Source: Vulcanisaeta sp.
Lineage (GTDB): Archaea > Thermoproteota > Thermoprotei > Thermoproteales > Thermocladiaceae
DNA: 64,000 bases
Assembly: GCA_023256215.1 (NCBI GenBank)
Contig: JAGDXB010000121.1
Span: 896-64,895, forward strand
Direction of reading: 5' to 3'
Part shown: one piece after another, positions 9,347 to 18,719 of the stretch
Layout of the letters: the number at the start of each line of letters is the position of its first letter
How positions within the stretch are numbered: the stretch's first letter is position 1
The notes under the pieces: model-generated
The model's database searches: none
Told to the model about the DNA's origin: nothing
Seen by the model: only the letters and a program-made list of their open reading frames with translations
Position numbers and translations under genes: made by a program

Positions 9347-9469
9347 ACTTGATCAACGATGGTTTAAATTAAATCTTAAAAAGCATTACCTTCACTAGTA
9401 CTTATTACTTACCATAAATTTCAGCACCGCGTTGTTAGCGATCTCCCAATCATCAATTTTACCTGGTTC

Positions 9470-10072
9470 TTGGTAGGTGTGGTTTATAAAAAGGCAGTGT
9501 CTTCATACGTACAGGGACTTATTGTGGATTTTAACCTGGTAATATCCACGGGAAGGAGGTTGGAGGGTAGGTGTGCTGATGAGCTTAAGTACATAGGTGA
9601 ACTGGTTGGTATGAGGATTGCCCAGACATCCTTTACGGGATTTGACGGATTAATAACTGGTTATGTAGATGGTGATCCAATAGAGTTTGTGAGGAGATTG
9701 AAGGAGCTTGTATCCAGCGGTCACTACATACCTCGCTTCGTGCTTAAGGTGGTTCCTATAATGAGGACTGTTAATACGGATTTAGAGGCAATAACCAACG
9801 CAGCAGTTGAGTTGGCGAGTAAGTACCTGGCCTCTGGGGAGACGTACAAGGTTGAGGTTAGGAAGAGGGGTGTTGACCTTGATAGGATGGAGATAATAGA
9901 TTCCATAGCATCCAGGATAAGTAATAAGGTCAAGCTTGAGAATCCAGATAAGGTCATCCAGCTGGAGATTTTCCCATCAAGGACAGGCATAAGTGTGATC
10001 AGGGAGGATGATATTTTTTCTCTCATGAAGATTAACGTTAATTCGCAGCAGGGTAGTTCTTCTGGTAGTTAG
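9470..10072 (+). CDS. Stand-alone THUMP-domain RNA-binding protein (probable start GTG about 9524)
   Basis: FNLVIST.R..E; TYKVEVRKRG; V.LENPDKVI.LEI. Confidence 0.85.
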   Translation: MVGVVYKKAVSSYVQGLIVDFNLVISTGRRLEGRCADELKYIGELVGMRIAQTSFTGFDGLITGYVDGDPIEFVRRLKELVSSGHYIPRFVLKVVPIMRTVNTDLEAITNAAVELASKYLASGETYKVEVRKRGVDLDRMEIIDSIASRISNKVKLENPDKVIQLEIFPSRTGISVIREDDIFSLMKINVNSQQGSSSGS

Positions 10073-10124
10073 GTTTCGTAATATCCATAACCCTTTTAAT
10101 ACCAATTCAGCAGTATTACCCCAT

Positions 10125-10952
10125 ATGGAGGTTACGGTAATTGGTACCGGCAGGATGGGCAGTGCACTCGTTAAGAGGTTAGCTAGTCAGGGCTTTACTG
10201 TATATGCATGGAATAGAACCAGGGAGAAGCTTAGGGATCTACCTGCAAAGCCCATCGAGGATGTTTCGCAGGCCAGGGGCTTAGTCTTTATTTTTGTTGC
10301 TGATGACGAGGCCTTAAATGCGGTGAGGGGTGTTGGTGGTGATGTTGTGTCGCTGGCTGGCACATACAGTGTAGGTGCTGTGGCGGCATTTAGCATTAGA
10401 TTGTCTAGCATGGGGATTGGGTTCCTGGCAAGTCCTGTTGTTGGTGGACCCGGCGATGTTGAGAGGGGTACGGCGATTTACATAGTCGGTGGCCCAGAGA
10501 GTACGTATCAGAGGGTTAAGGACGTTTTTGAGAGATTAGGCACCATAATTAGGTTGCCGACTGCCGAATCGGCCATGGCATTGAAGCTTGCGTATAATGC
10601 ATTGCTTATTGGTTCTATGGCGCTACTTGGCGAGTACGTGATTCTAAGTAGGACTTACGGCGTTGATGATGAGACATCAAAGGAGTTACTAAGAAGGACC
10701 GTGTTTAAGGATGTTGCGGAGAAGTACCTGGACCGTATTTTAAACCCAAGGGGTCCCCCATCATTTACACTCACGTTGGCTGCTAAGGATGTTCATTACG
10801 CCGTTAAATCTGCGGGAGATGCGAGGACACCATTAGTGGTTTCTTCCGCAGTTAAGTCGCTGTATGAGTTATTGTCAACGCTTGGTTTTGGTAATGAGGA
10901 TTACGTTAGGGCTGGTTTGCTCGAGCTTGTTGGTGGTCTTAGGGAAAAATAA
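10125..10952 (+). CDS. 3-hydroxyisobutyrate/6-phosphogluconate dehydrogenase-family NAD(P) oxidoreductase
   Basis: GTGRMG, WNRT, SPVVGG, KLAYN, F.L.LAAKD. Confidence 0.88.
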   Translation: MEVTVIGTGRMGSALVKRLASQGFTVYAWNRTREKLRDLPAKPIEDVSQARGLVFIFVADDEALNAVRGVGGDVVSLAGTYSVGAVAAFSIRLSSMGIGFLASPVVGGPGDVERGTAIYIVGGPESTYQRVKDVFERLGTIIRLPTAESAMALKLAYNALLIGSMALLGEYVILSRTYGVDDETSKELLRRTVFKDVAEKYLDRILNPRGPPSFTLTLAAKDVHYAVKSAGDARTPLVVSSAVKSLYELLSTLGFGNEDYVRAGLLELVGGLREK

Positions 10953-10954
10953 TG

Positions 10955-10962
10955 CTTATTAA
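10955..10962 (+). promoter_or_regulatory. TATA box for L31e, typical of the leaderless promoters in this window
   Basis: CTTATTAA 24-31 nt upstream of the ATG at 10986, preceded by an A-rich BRE. Confidence 0.5.
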
Positions 10963-10985
10963 TTCCACTGGTTATTCGTGCAACG

Positions 10986-11309
10986 ATGAGTGAGGGCGCT
11001 AAGGTGGAGGTTGAGAGGATTTACGTTATTAACCTTAGGAGGACCAGGGAGGTTTCAAGGACTAAGAGGTCTCCATATGCCATTAGATTAATTAGGAATT
11101 TCGTTGCGAGACATATGAAGGTCGAACCCGAGAAGGTTAAGATTGATAATAGTGTCAATAATTACGTGTGGTCGAGAAGTATCGAGAAACCTCCGAGAAA
11201 GGTTGAGGTTAAGGTTACTAAGTACAGCGATGGTACGGTCAAGGTAACGCTTAACATCCCTGAGGAAGCCAAGGAGGAAAAGAAGGTTGAGGAGAAGGGC
11301 CAGTCTTAA
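10986..11309 (+). CDS. rpl31e: 50S ribosomal protein L31e
   Basis: [12 protein letters not shown]...AI..IR.F..RHMK; [11 protein letters not shown]. Confidence 0.96.
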   Translation: MSEGAKVEVERIYVINLRRTREVSRTKRSPYAIRLIRNFVARHMKVEPEKVKIDNSVNNYVWSRSIEKPPRKVEVKVTKYSDGTVKVTLNIPEEAKEEKKVEEKGQS

Positions 11310-11365
11310 GTGAAATGCTGGAAATAACTGATTCCTTTTAAAGGGGCTTTTTATTTCGCATTAAC

Positions 11366-14014
11366 GTGGTTAGCAACAAAACGTTGCGTCTAATGTCCAG
11401 GCTATTCACGGCACTTCTCTATTTAGTTATTTCATCGATAGCATTCATAAGCGATTTCCCATTCTACCCAATACCAATAGCGCTGTTAATAATAATCATT
11501 ACAGCCGCCCTGGCCTATTCAGGCCATGTAAAGCTTGGCTTTGCAATAATGGTACTACTCCTAATACCCACACTTCTCTACGTCTATAGATATGCAGCCC
11601 TCGGCGTCCTGCTACTCATACTAATACTACTAATACTCATCAGGGTATTTGACTGGCTTGGCGTTGGTGTTGGTATGCTTGCCTGGGAATTCTCCATAAT
11701 TCCTAACCAGCTCTACGTATTATCAGTACCATTACTATTAACGTCGCCAAGCCTAACCATAGGCGTTACAAAGAAGGTTACCCCATTGAAATCCCTAATC
11801 ACGTTCCTAGTGCTTTACATACCAACACTATTGCTGCTAAATGCCAATAATACGGTAATTCCCTGGTTCGGGTTTGTAAATCTAGGACTAACACCACTAC
11901 AGTCGTTGACGGTCACGGAAATAACTAATGCATTAAGTAAAATGGATGTTGGGCTTTACAGTCTTGGCCAATCAATAGATAGAGTATTTACCTGGACAAG
12001 TACCTACGTATTGCCGCCAATAATGGCCTTAGCTGCCTATACCGCATATGTGATATCGAGTAGGTTAAGGGCCCATGATAATCACATAGTTCGAATCCTA
12101 GCACCTGCCATAGGTACTATGGGTGCGTATGCCTTAATGACGTATCTATTGTTTTACTTGAATCCGTACTTTGGGCTATACCAGGGCATTGATGTTGATA
12201 CGCTAATTAAGGGCTTATTACCAGCGTTAATACTCAGCTTAACCGTTCTTCCACTCGTCATGCATTTTAGACTCGTGGAGATTAGGTTTGAGGAGGAGGA
12301 AAAACAGTCTGCGGTTGCCCTTGAACGCGGCTACCAATTAATCCTTAATAAGGATGAGTTGAAGTCCATGTCAGAGGACTGGGATAACGTTGTGGGTCTT
12401 GATGACATTAAGAATGAGATAGAGTCATCAGTAATAGTACCACTTAAGGACAGTAGGTTGGCTCAAAGGTATGGGTTAATGCCAATACATGGCGTGCTTC
12501 TATTCGGTCCTCCTGGTGTTGGTAAAACCATGCTGGCTAGGGCGATAGCCGGTAGGTTAGGTTGGACGACAATAATAATGAACCTAGGCGAACTACTGAG
12601 TAAGTATTATGGTGAGAGTGAAAATAGGCTTGCCGAGCTCTTTAAGGCCGCTAGGGACCACGCGCCATCAGTCATAATAATAGATGAGCTTGACTCCATA
12701 GGTAAGGCCAGGACTAGGTACGTGAGTGATGATGTGACACCAAGGCTCTTGAACATAATACTTAGTGAGATGGATGGCATAACTAAGAGGAACGAGAATG
12801 TATTGATCATAGGAACCACGAACCAACCAGACCTACTGGACCCGGCACTGCTGAGGCCTGGTAGGTTTGATAGGGTGATATACGTACCACCACCTAATGA
12901 GGAGGTTAGGGCTAGGATGTTCGAAGCCATGCTAAGGGGTAAACCGGTGCAGGGGCCGATCGATTATGCCAAGCTTGCTAAGTTAACGGATAGGTTTACT
13001 GGTGCCGATATAATGAATGTCGTTAGAACAGCGGTGCTGGAGGCCGTTAAGAAGGATAAGCCAATAACACAGAGTGATTTGGAGAGGATAATCGGCATGT
13101 ATAAGCCGAGTCTCACTTACGACCTGCTTGAGAAGTATGAGGCCTTTAGGCTTCAGTACAGCAGGTTGAGGTCCTATGGAAAGCCTCAGGTAGGTATTCC
13201 AGAGGTTACTTGGGATGACGTTGGCGATCTTGAGGAGGTCAAATCATTAATCAATAAGTACGTGGTAACCACAATGCAGAAAAGAGAGGTTTTGGAGAAG
13301 CTCGGTATTGAGCCTATACACGGCATCCTACTCTTCGGTCCTCCTGGTGTTGGTAAGACCCTTGTTGCGAAGGCCACCGCCAATATGCTAAGGGCGAATT
13401 TCATAGAGCTAAACGGGGCTGAGTTGGCTAGGGTTGGGCCTGAGAGGGCTGCGGCCGTTGTTAAGGACGTATTTAATACTGCACGTGATAATGCACCTGC
13501 GATAATATTCATTGATGAGGTTGACTCGGTGGCGCCGTCTAGGGACTCACCAATAGGTGCCGTGTGGTCTAATGTCGTGTCGCAATTGTTGACTGAGATG
13601 GATGGTTTAAGGGGCTTAAATAATGTGATTGTTATCGCAGCTACCAATAGGCCTTGGTCCATAGATCCAGCACTATTAAGGCCTGGCAGGTTTGATAAGG
13701 TTATCTACATACCGCCGCCAAATAAGGATGCCAGGCGTGAGATCCTTAGGGTTCATATTAAGGGCGCTGATGTTGAGGAGGGTGTTATTGATTGGGTTGC
13801 TGAGGTTACTGAGGGTTATAGTGGCGCTGATTTGGCGGCTTTGGTTAGGGAGGCTAAGATGAGGGCTTTGGACAGGGTCTTGGGTGGTGATAGTAATGTG
13901 AGGATTACGAAGGATGACTTTGAGTATTCGTTGAAGAAGGTTCGCCCTTCATTAAATAGGGAGTTGCTTAATCAGTATGAGGATTTTGTTAGGAGGGCTG
14001 GTCTGCTTGTTTAG
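11366..14014 (+). CDS. Membrane-integral double-AAA ATPase (Cdc48/p97-like D1-D2 fused to a ~300 aa polytopic membrane domain)
   Basis: Two GPPGVGKT Walker A motifs, IIDE/FIDE Walker B, two DPALLRPGRFD SRH motifs; N-terminal about 9-10 hydrophobic segments. Confidence 0.9.
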   Translation: MVSNKTLRLMSRLFTALLYLVISSIAFISDFPFYPIPIALLIIIITAALAYSGHVKLGFAIMVLLLIPTLLYVYRYAALGVLLLILILLILIRVFDWLGVGVGMLAWEFSIIPNQLYVLSVPLLLTSPSLTIGVTKKVTPLKSLITFLVLYIPTLLLLNANNTVIPWFGFVNLGLTPLQSLTVTEITNALSKMDVGLYSLGQSIDRVFTWTSTYVLPPIMALAAYTAYVISSRLRAHDNHIVRILAPAIGTMGAYALMTYLLFYLNPYFGLYQGIDVDTLIKGLLPALILSLTVLPLVMHFRLVEIRFEEEEKQSAVALERGYQLILNKDELKSMSEDWDNVVGLDDIKNEIESSVIVPLKDSRLAQRYGLMPIHGVLLFGPPGVGKTMLARAIAGRLGWTTIIMNLGELLSKYYGESENRLAELFKAARDHAPSVIIIDELDSIGKARTRYVSDDVTPRLLNIILSEMDGITKRNENVLIIGTTNQPDLLDPALLRPGRFDRVIYVPPPNEEVRARMFEAMLRGKPVQGPIDYAKLAKLTDRFTGADIMNVVRTAVLEAVKKDKPITQSDLERIIGMYKPSLTYDLLEKYEAFRLQYSRLRSYGKPQVGIPEVTWDDVGDLEEVKSLINKYVVTTMQKREVLEKLGIEPIHGILLFGPPGVGKTLVAKATANMLRANFIELNGAELARVGPERAAAVVKDVFNTARDNAPAIIFIDEVDSVAPSRDSPIGAVWSNVVSQLLTEMDGLRGLNNVIVIAATNRPWSIDPALLRPGRFDKVIYIPPPNKDARREILRVHIKGADVEEGVIDWVAEVTEGYSGADLAALVREAKMRALDRVLGGDSNVRITKDDFEYSLKKVRPSLNRELLNQYEDFVRRAGLLV

Positions 14015-14106
14015 GACGTATCATCAATAATCCCGAGCATTTCAATGTAATACCTCTGTCTATCCTTAGACTTAGTAATTTAAAGGGCTTATTTCACACT
14101 AGCGTC

Positions 14107-14937
14107 ATGAGTCAGGGGCCTGAGATATTGAAAAACGTAATTGAGGAAATAACGAAATTGGTAAGGGAGGGTTATTCATTAACGAGCATCATGAAAGAGG
14201 TTACTGAGGCGATTAATAAGGATGTTGGGCTGAGCAAGGTTATTTTTAACGAGATAAAGGACTCAATGGTAAAGATAAGCCCTGGCAACGTACCAGTTGG
14301 CCTGTTCACACAGTGCTCCTTAATACCTAGTTACTACTTGACGGGTAAGAATCCAAGCATTGATTGGGGCGACATAACAATGCACCTGCTGGGTAAGATG
14401 ATACATAGTTTGGCAGTTGCGGAGGTAAAGAGTAGGTTTGGTAATAGGTGCATTGAGGGTGTGGAGGTTATGTATACGTATAACTCGTGGACAATGAGGG
14501 GCAAGCCAGACCTTGACTGCGGTAAGTATTACCTTGAGTTTAAGACGATAATGGGCAGGGTCACAAAGACCAGGCTGCTTCATGACTTAATACAGGCCGG
14601 CTTTTACTCCGCGGCCGGTAATAAGAATACGTACGTGCTGTACATGATACTCACAGATGGTATTTTACGAAATATAGTACCCATAGAGGTAATTCCTGAG
14701 GTTGGTTATCCCGTGATTTACGCATTCAAGCTCTGGGTTAAGGCTGTGGAGGGTGGTGATATTGGCGCCCTCATAGCCAAGACAACGTCCTGCAAGGTAT
14801 GTAGGTTCAGGGATATATGCATAATGAGGACTAGGAATCCTCATGAGGTTATTTTACCAGGTAGGGAGTTGCTGGATGATTACCTTAATTATGTTAAGCA
14901 CGAGGTATCTAAGGCTGGTGTTAAGGTGATTGGGTAA
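14107..14937 (+). CDS. Solo Cas4-like PD-(D/E)xK nuclease with 4-Cys Fe-S motif
   Basis: N-terminal Cys (FTQC), GKMIH, GKPD, EFK, QAGFY, CKVCRFRDIC. Confidence 0.8.
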   Translation: MSQGPEILKNVIEEITKLVREGYSLTSIMKEVTEAINKDVGLSKVIFNEIKDSMVKISPGNVPVGLFTQCSLIPSYYLTGKNPSIDWGDITMHLLGKMIHSLAVAEVKSRFGNRCIEGVEVMYTYNSWTMRGKPDLDCGKYYLEFKTIMGRVTKTRLLHDLIQAGFYSAAGNKNTYVLYMILTDGILRNIVPIEVIPEVGYPVIYAFKLWVKAVEGGDIGALIAKTTSCKVCRFRDICIMRTRNPHEVILPGRELLDDYLNYVKHEVSKAGVKVIG

Positions 14938-15848
14938 TGAGCCTTGAGGAAATAACAGACCTTGCGAATTACCTACTTAACAGGTTGCAGAGTAAGGATG
15001 AGCACTTCGTAACATCCATAGCCAAATGCTCATTGCTCTCCACAAGGAGGGATGTTAGTATAATGGATGAGGCATACGCAGAATACCTACCCAGGGTCTT
15101 AACGGTATGTGGTACCGAGAGGCACGTAGTTAGGCTTGAGGATCTTACCATAGAATTACCAAGGCTATTTAAGTGCGGTGACTCATTAATACTACCAAAG
15201 CTCATGATGCTTAAGGAGAACATTAGATCCCATATTGTTGAGGCGATGTTAATAGCTGCGTTGTTAAATACGGAGGTACAATTGCACTACCTATCTAAGA
15301 GTATTAATGGTGATATTGAAGAGGGCGTGTCAATACCCATAAAGCCAGAGTGGGGTAAGGAATTACTTAATGCCGTTGTTAATTCACTGAGGAATAAGGA
15401 GGTCGGTATAAAAACGATAAGTTGTGAGGTCTGCCCATTAAGGGATGTTTGCCCATACAGCAGCCTGGGCAGTAATGTGGTGTTGCCGGGTGATGTGTTG
15501 AAGATTATTAATGATATCGAGAATGCACTATTTACGCAACAAGCCACCGGTAAGGAGAATGAGCTGGAGCCGCCAAGCCAATTGACCAGGGAGAGTCTTA
15601 GGAATTACTTAAAGAACGTTGCGAGATGGGCTCGCCTTCAGGGAAGGACCTGGGTAAGCGTTGCAGTTGGTAAGTGCCCCATATGTGGTCGGGAAGGTAC
15701 ATTGGTCGTTAGGATTGTTGGTAATGAGGATAAGGTGCTGTATAGGCATGGCTCATCAACATGTACCATCGGCTCGATAGACGACGCCATAGACAAGATA
15801 AACATCAGCAGATTCTTAAGGATTGTGCGGAGTGATGAGCATAAATAA
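14937..15848 (+). CDS. Degenerate Cas4-like protein with C-terminal zinc finger
   Basis: VTSIAKC and CEVCPLRDVC retained, PD/ExK absent; CPICG...RH....C tail; TAATG overlap with the upstream gene. Confidence 0.65.
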   Translation: MSLEEITDLANYLLNRLQSKDEHFVTSIAKCSLLSTRRDVSIMDEAYAEYLPRVLTVCGTERHVVRLEDLTIELPRLFKCGDSLILPKLMMLKENIRSHIVEAMLIAALLNTEVQLHYLSKSINGDIEEGVSIPIKPEWGKELLNAVVNSLRNKEVGIKTISCEVCPLRDVCPYSSLGSNVVLPGDVLKIINDIENALFTQQATGKENELEPPSQLTRESLRNYLKNVARWARLQGRTWVSVAVGKCPICGREGTLVVRIVGNEDKVLYRHGSSTCTIGSIDDAIDKINISRFLRIVRSDEHK

Positions 15849-15881
15849 TTGTTATAAAGTGATTGCTTAGTTTGGATATTA

Positions 15882-16343
15882 ATGACATTGAGGATTGGTA
15901 TTGTGGATACAACCTTCGCTAGGGTTGACATGGCTAAGTACGCAATAGAAGAACTTAAGAATAATGAGCCTTCTGTAATAATTGAAAGGATTACAGTACC
16001 TGGCTTTAAAAATACTCCATGGGCAGCCAAGCAGTTGATTAATAGGGGTGTTGACGCCGTGATGGTCTTCGGCTGGATAGGGCCGAGCCTAACAGATAAG
16101 ATTACGTACGCCGTGGCCTCCATGGGCCTCATAATGCTTCAGATAGAGTATGATAAGCCGATAATCGATGTCACGATTCACGAGGATGAGGCTAGCAATG
16201 AGAAGGAGTTGTTCGATATTGCCGTGGATAGGTCTAGGAAGCATGCCAGGAATTTAGTACTAATGCTTAGGGGTGAGTTAACTAGGTGGGCTGGTATGGG
16301 CCTTAGGCAGGGTAGACCTGATGTGGGTCCTATCGTTAGGTAA
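15882..16343 (+). CDS. ribC: Archaeal riboflavin synthase
   Basis: IGIVDTTFARVDM, TVPG.K, HEDEA, AG.GLRQG..D.G. Confidence 0.93.
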   Translation: MTLRIGIVDTTFARVDMAKYAIEELKNNEPSVIIERITVPGFKNTPWAAKQLINRGVDAVMVFGWIGPSLTDKITYAVASMGLIMLQIEYDKPIIDVTIHEDEASNEKELFDIAVDRSRKHARNLVLMLRGELTRWAGMGLRQGRPDVGPIVR

Positions 16344-16376
16344 AAGTTTTATTAACACAGTGCGTGTAGCGTCATT

Positions 16377-16919
16377 GTGAGCGCCATAACTGACATAATC
16401 AGTAGGGTCTTTGATGAGCTCATTAATAGTAACGTATTGGTTAGGGTTAAGGGCAGGAAAAATCCCTTGGTTTCTGAGTATGTTATTAAGTATAGTAATA
16501 AGTGTCCTGAAATTAAGATTGAAGATGATATAAGTATTGATAGGGAGTCAACCTGGTATCAGGTATTAACTACGGGTGTTGGTGTTAAGCTTAGTATTAA
16601 CAGGGTTGGTGTAAGCCTTGAATCCGTCAATAATACATTGAAGCTGATAGTGAAATTGATGAATGGCGATAGGTTGAAGTCCTCAGAGGAATTCGTGTTA
16701 ACTTGCGATGGCGCTGAGGGTTCTTTTTATGGGAAGTCAGTAATAGATTTACTTATTAACCTTGACTTAGTCTTTAGGTTTCTGGGTATGATTAAGGAGA
16801 GGAGGAAGTTAAGCGATGGTTTTATTGATGATTTAACCAAATTCCTTGGCAATGCTAAGTCCAAGGTTGAGCAGGATGTTAGGAGATTGGTTAGTAGTTA
16901 TCAGTGGTTTGATGAGTGA
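16377..16919 (+). CDS. Hypothetical protein
   Basis: 180 aa ORF with host-like codon usage and upstream TTTATTAA; no family recognised. Confidence 0.65.
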   Translation: MSAITDIISRVFDELINSNVLVRVKGRKNPLVSEYVIKYSNKCPEIKIEDDISIDRESTWYQVLTTGVGVKLSINRVGVSLESVNNTLKLIVKLMNGDRLKSSEEFVLTCDGAEGSFYGKSVIDLLINLDLVFRFLGMIKERRKLSDGFIDDLTKFLGNAKSKVEQDVRRLVSSYQWFDE

Positions 16920-16925
16920 GTACAG

Positions 16926-18158
16926 ATGGTAAGGAGCATAGTCCTCTTCCTAGAGATGCACCAACCAAGGAGGTTGAGACGAGGAGTCCTTGATAAACTA
17001 TGTGATTTGAGGGTTAGCGAGGTTAATAATTCCGTTCTAAGTTCGATAATATTTGATGATGATGCCAATAAGGAAATATTGAATAGGGTTTCTGAGAAGT
17101 CGTACATACCAACATTAGAGCTGATGAAGGGCTTGGGGAATGAAGGTTTTAAGGTGGCATTATCGATCTCTGGCTCATTAATTGATCAATTGCTCATGTG
17201 GAGACCTGAGGTTATTGAGTTGTTGAAGGATCTAGCCAATAGGGGTATTATTGAGTTTGTTGCTGAGCCCTATCATCATTCCTTAGCATCTTTCGTAAGT
17301 GAGGATCTATTCCTTGAGGAGTTGAAAGATCACGTAGAAATAATAAGATCATTATTTAATCAGGTGCCCATGACCTTTGAGAATACCGAGTTTCTATATA
17401 GGAATGACTGGGGTGTTATTATGGAAAGGGCTGGCGCATCTGTGGTGCTTACGGAGGGTGTTGATTGGGTATTGGGTTGGAGGAGTCCGACCTACGTCTA
17501 TGGCACACCTAATTCGAAGATTAGATTATTACTTAGGCATTATAGGCTCTCTGACGATGTTGGCTTCAGGTTTAGTAATAGGTCCTGGGATCAATGGCCG
17601 TTAACGGCCGATAAATACATGGCGTGGATTAGGGCTACGCCTGGGGATTTTGTCCTCATAGGTTTAGATTTCGAAACCTTTGGTGAGCATCATTGGCGTG
17701 AGAGTGGTATTTTCGAATTTCTTGAATGGCTTCCAAAGGAGGCTCATAAGGCGGATGTAACGTTTATTCACCCATCATTGCTCGTTAAGGAGGATCCCAT
17801 TGATTACCTGGATATACCGTCAACAATCTCCTGGGCTGATGTTGAGAAGGATGATAGTGCATGGCAAGGGAATGACCTGCAAAGAATTGCGCTAAGCCAT
17901 GTAGCAGCTATTGGTGATTTAGTAAGGAATTATGGCATTGAAAAGACCTGGAGGTACCTTTTGACAAGCGACCATTACTACTACATGTCCATGAAGCATG
18001 GACCGAGTGGAGAGGTTCATAATTACTTCAATCCCTATAAATCAGCGTTTACGGCATTTAAGGTCCTTGAGGATGTAATACTGGGGATTACCTGTGCATT
18101 AACAGGCTTAAATAAGGTTAAGTCATCACATAGAGGTTTACAGAGGAAGCATGGGTAA
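16926..18158 (+). CDS. Glycoside hydrolase family 57 (alpha-amylase-like)
   Basis: HQP, ENTE, LSDDVGFRFS, DFETFGEH, SDH.YYM. Confidence 0.92.
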   Translation: MVRSIVLFLEMHQPRRLRRGVLDKLCDLRVSEVNNSVLSSIIFDDDANKEILNRVSEKSYIPTLELMKGLGNEGFKVALSISGSLIDQLLMWRPEVIELLKDLANRGIIEFVAEPYHHSLASFVSEDLFLEELKDHVEIIRSLFNQVPMTFENTEFLYRNDWGVIMERAGASVVLTEGVDWVLGWRSPTYVYGTPNSKIRLLLRHYRLSDDVGFRFSNRSWDQWPLTADKYMAWIRATPGDFVLIGLDFETFGEHHWRESGIFEFLEWLPKEAHKADVTFIHPSLLVKEDPIDYLDIPSTISWADVEKDDSAWQGNDLQRIALSHVAAIGDLVRNYGIEKTWRYLLTSDHYYYMSMKHGPSGEVHNYFNPYKSAFTAFKVLEDVILGITCALTGLNKVKSSHRGLQRKHG

Positions 18159-18639
18159 GGTACTAATCACGGTTAACCTATCGTTTGAGTACTCGCTGAG
18201 GCGCGATATTAAGGATTACCTATTCTTTCATGATCGCAATGTAGAAATTAAAGGGACTGAATATAGAGGGGTCTTTATCATTGAATCAAGTAAAGACCCA
18301 GTATTTATTGCAACCATCCTAATCAACTCTCCAATACCAGAGAATGCATTAACGACAATAGTGCCAATAACTATGGAGGGCTTGTACTCGAATCTTGATG
18401 ATTTAATCGATAAGGTTCGTAAGAATATTAGTGGTAATTGTGGATCATTTATTGTGAGGTGTCGTTTACGTGGATCACACATTAGTAATGAAATGTGCGA
18501 GGAGGCCATTATCAATTTATTGAGGAGCCAGGGATTTCATGCTATGTTTAGGGGCGATGCTGATTGCGCCATCATAATTGAGGGTTTAAGTAATTGGTTT
18601 GGCGCTTACATCGGTCCTAGGGCCTCTGTGAGGGTTTAG
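18151..18639 (+). CDS. THUMP-domain protein
   Basis: D.LF.HD.NV; GVFIIES..DP; SF.VRCRLRG. Confidence 0.7.
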   Translation: MGKVLITVNLSFEYSLRRDIKDYLFFHDRNVEIKGTEYRGVFIIESSKDPVFIATILINSPIPENALTTIVPITMEGLYSNLDDLIDKVRKNISGNCGSFIVRCRLRGSHISNEMCEEAIINLLRSQGFHAMFRGDADCAIIIEGLSNWFGAYIGPRASVRV

Positions 18640-18719
18640 TGAAAGTTTCGGTCTACACTATAGCATTGTTTATCTAGTAACCAAAAACTATTTTTTACCT
18701 CTCTACAGAAGTAATATAA

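Noticed and set aside
10962-11346. ORB-like fragments (TTCCACTGG at about 10963; CTGGAAAT...AAAGGGG at about 11318-11346)
   Set aside because: Partial single matches with wrong spacing that overlap ordinary promoters; not repeated around an AT-rich core
14015-16400. CRISPR-Cas locus suggested by the Cas4-like genes
   Set aside because: No repeat-spacer array, cas1, cas2 or effector genes seen anywhere in the window
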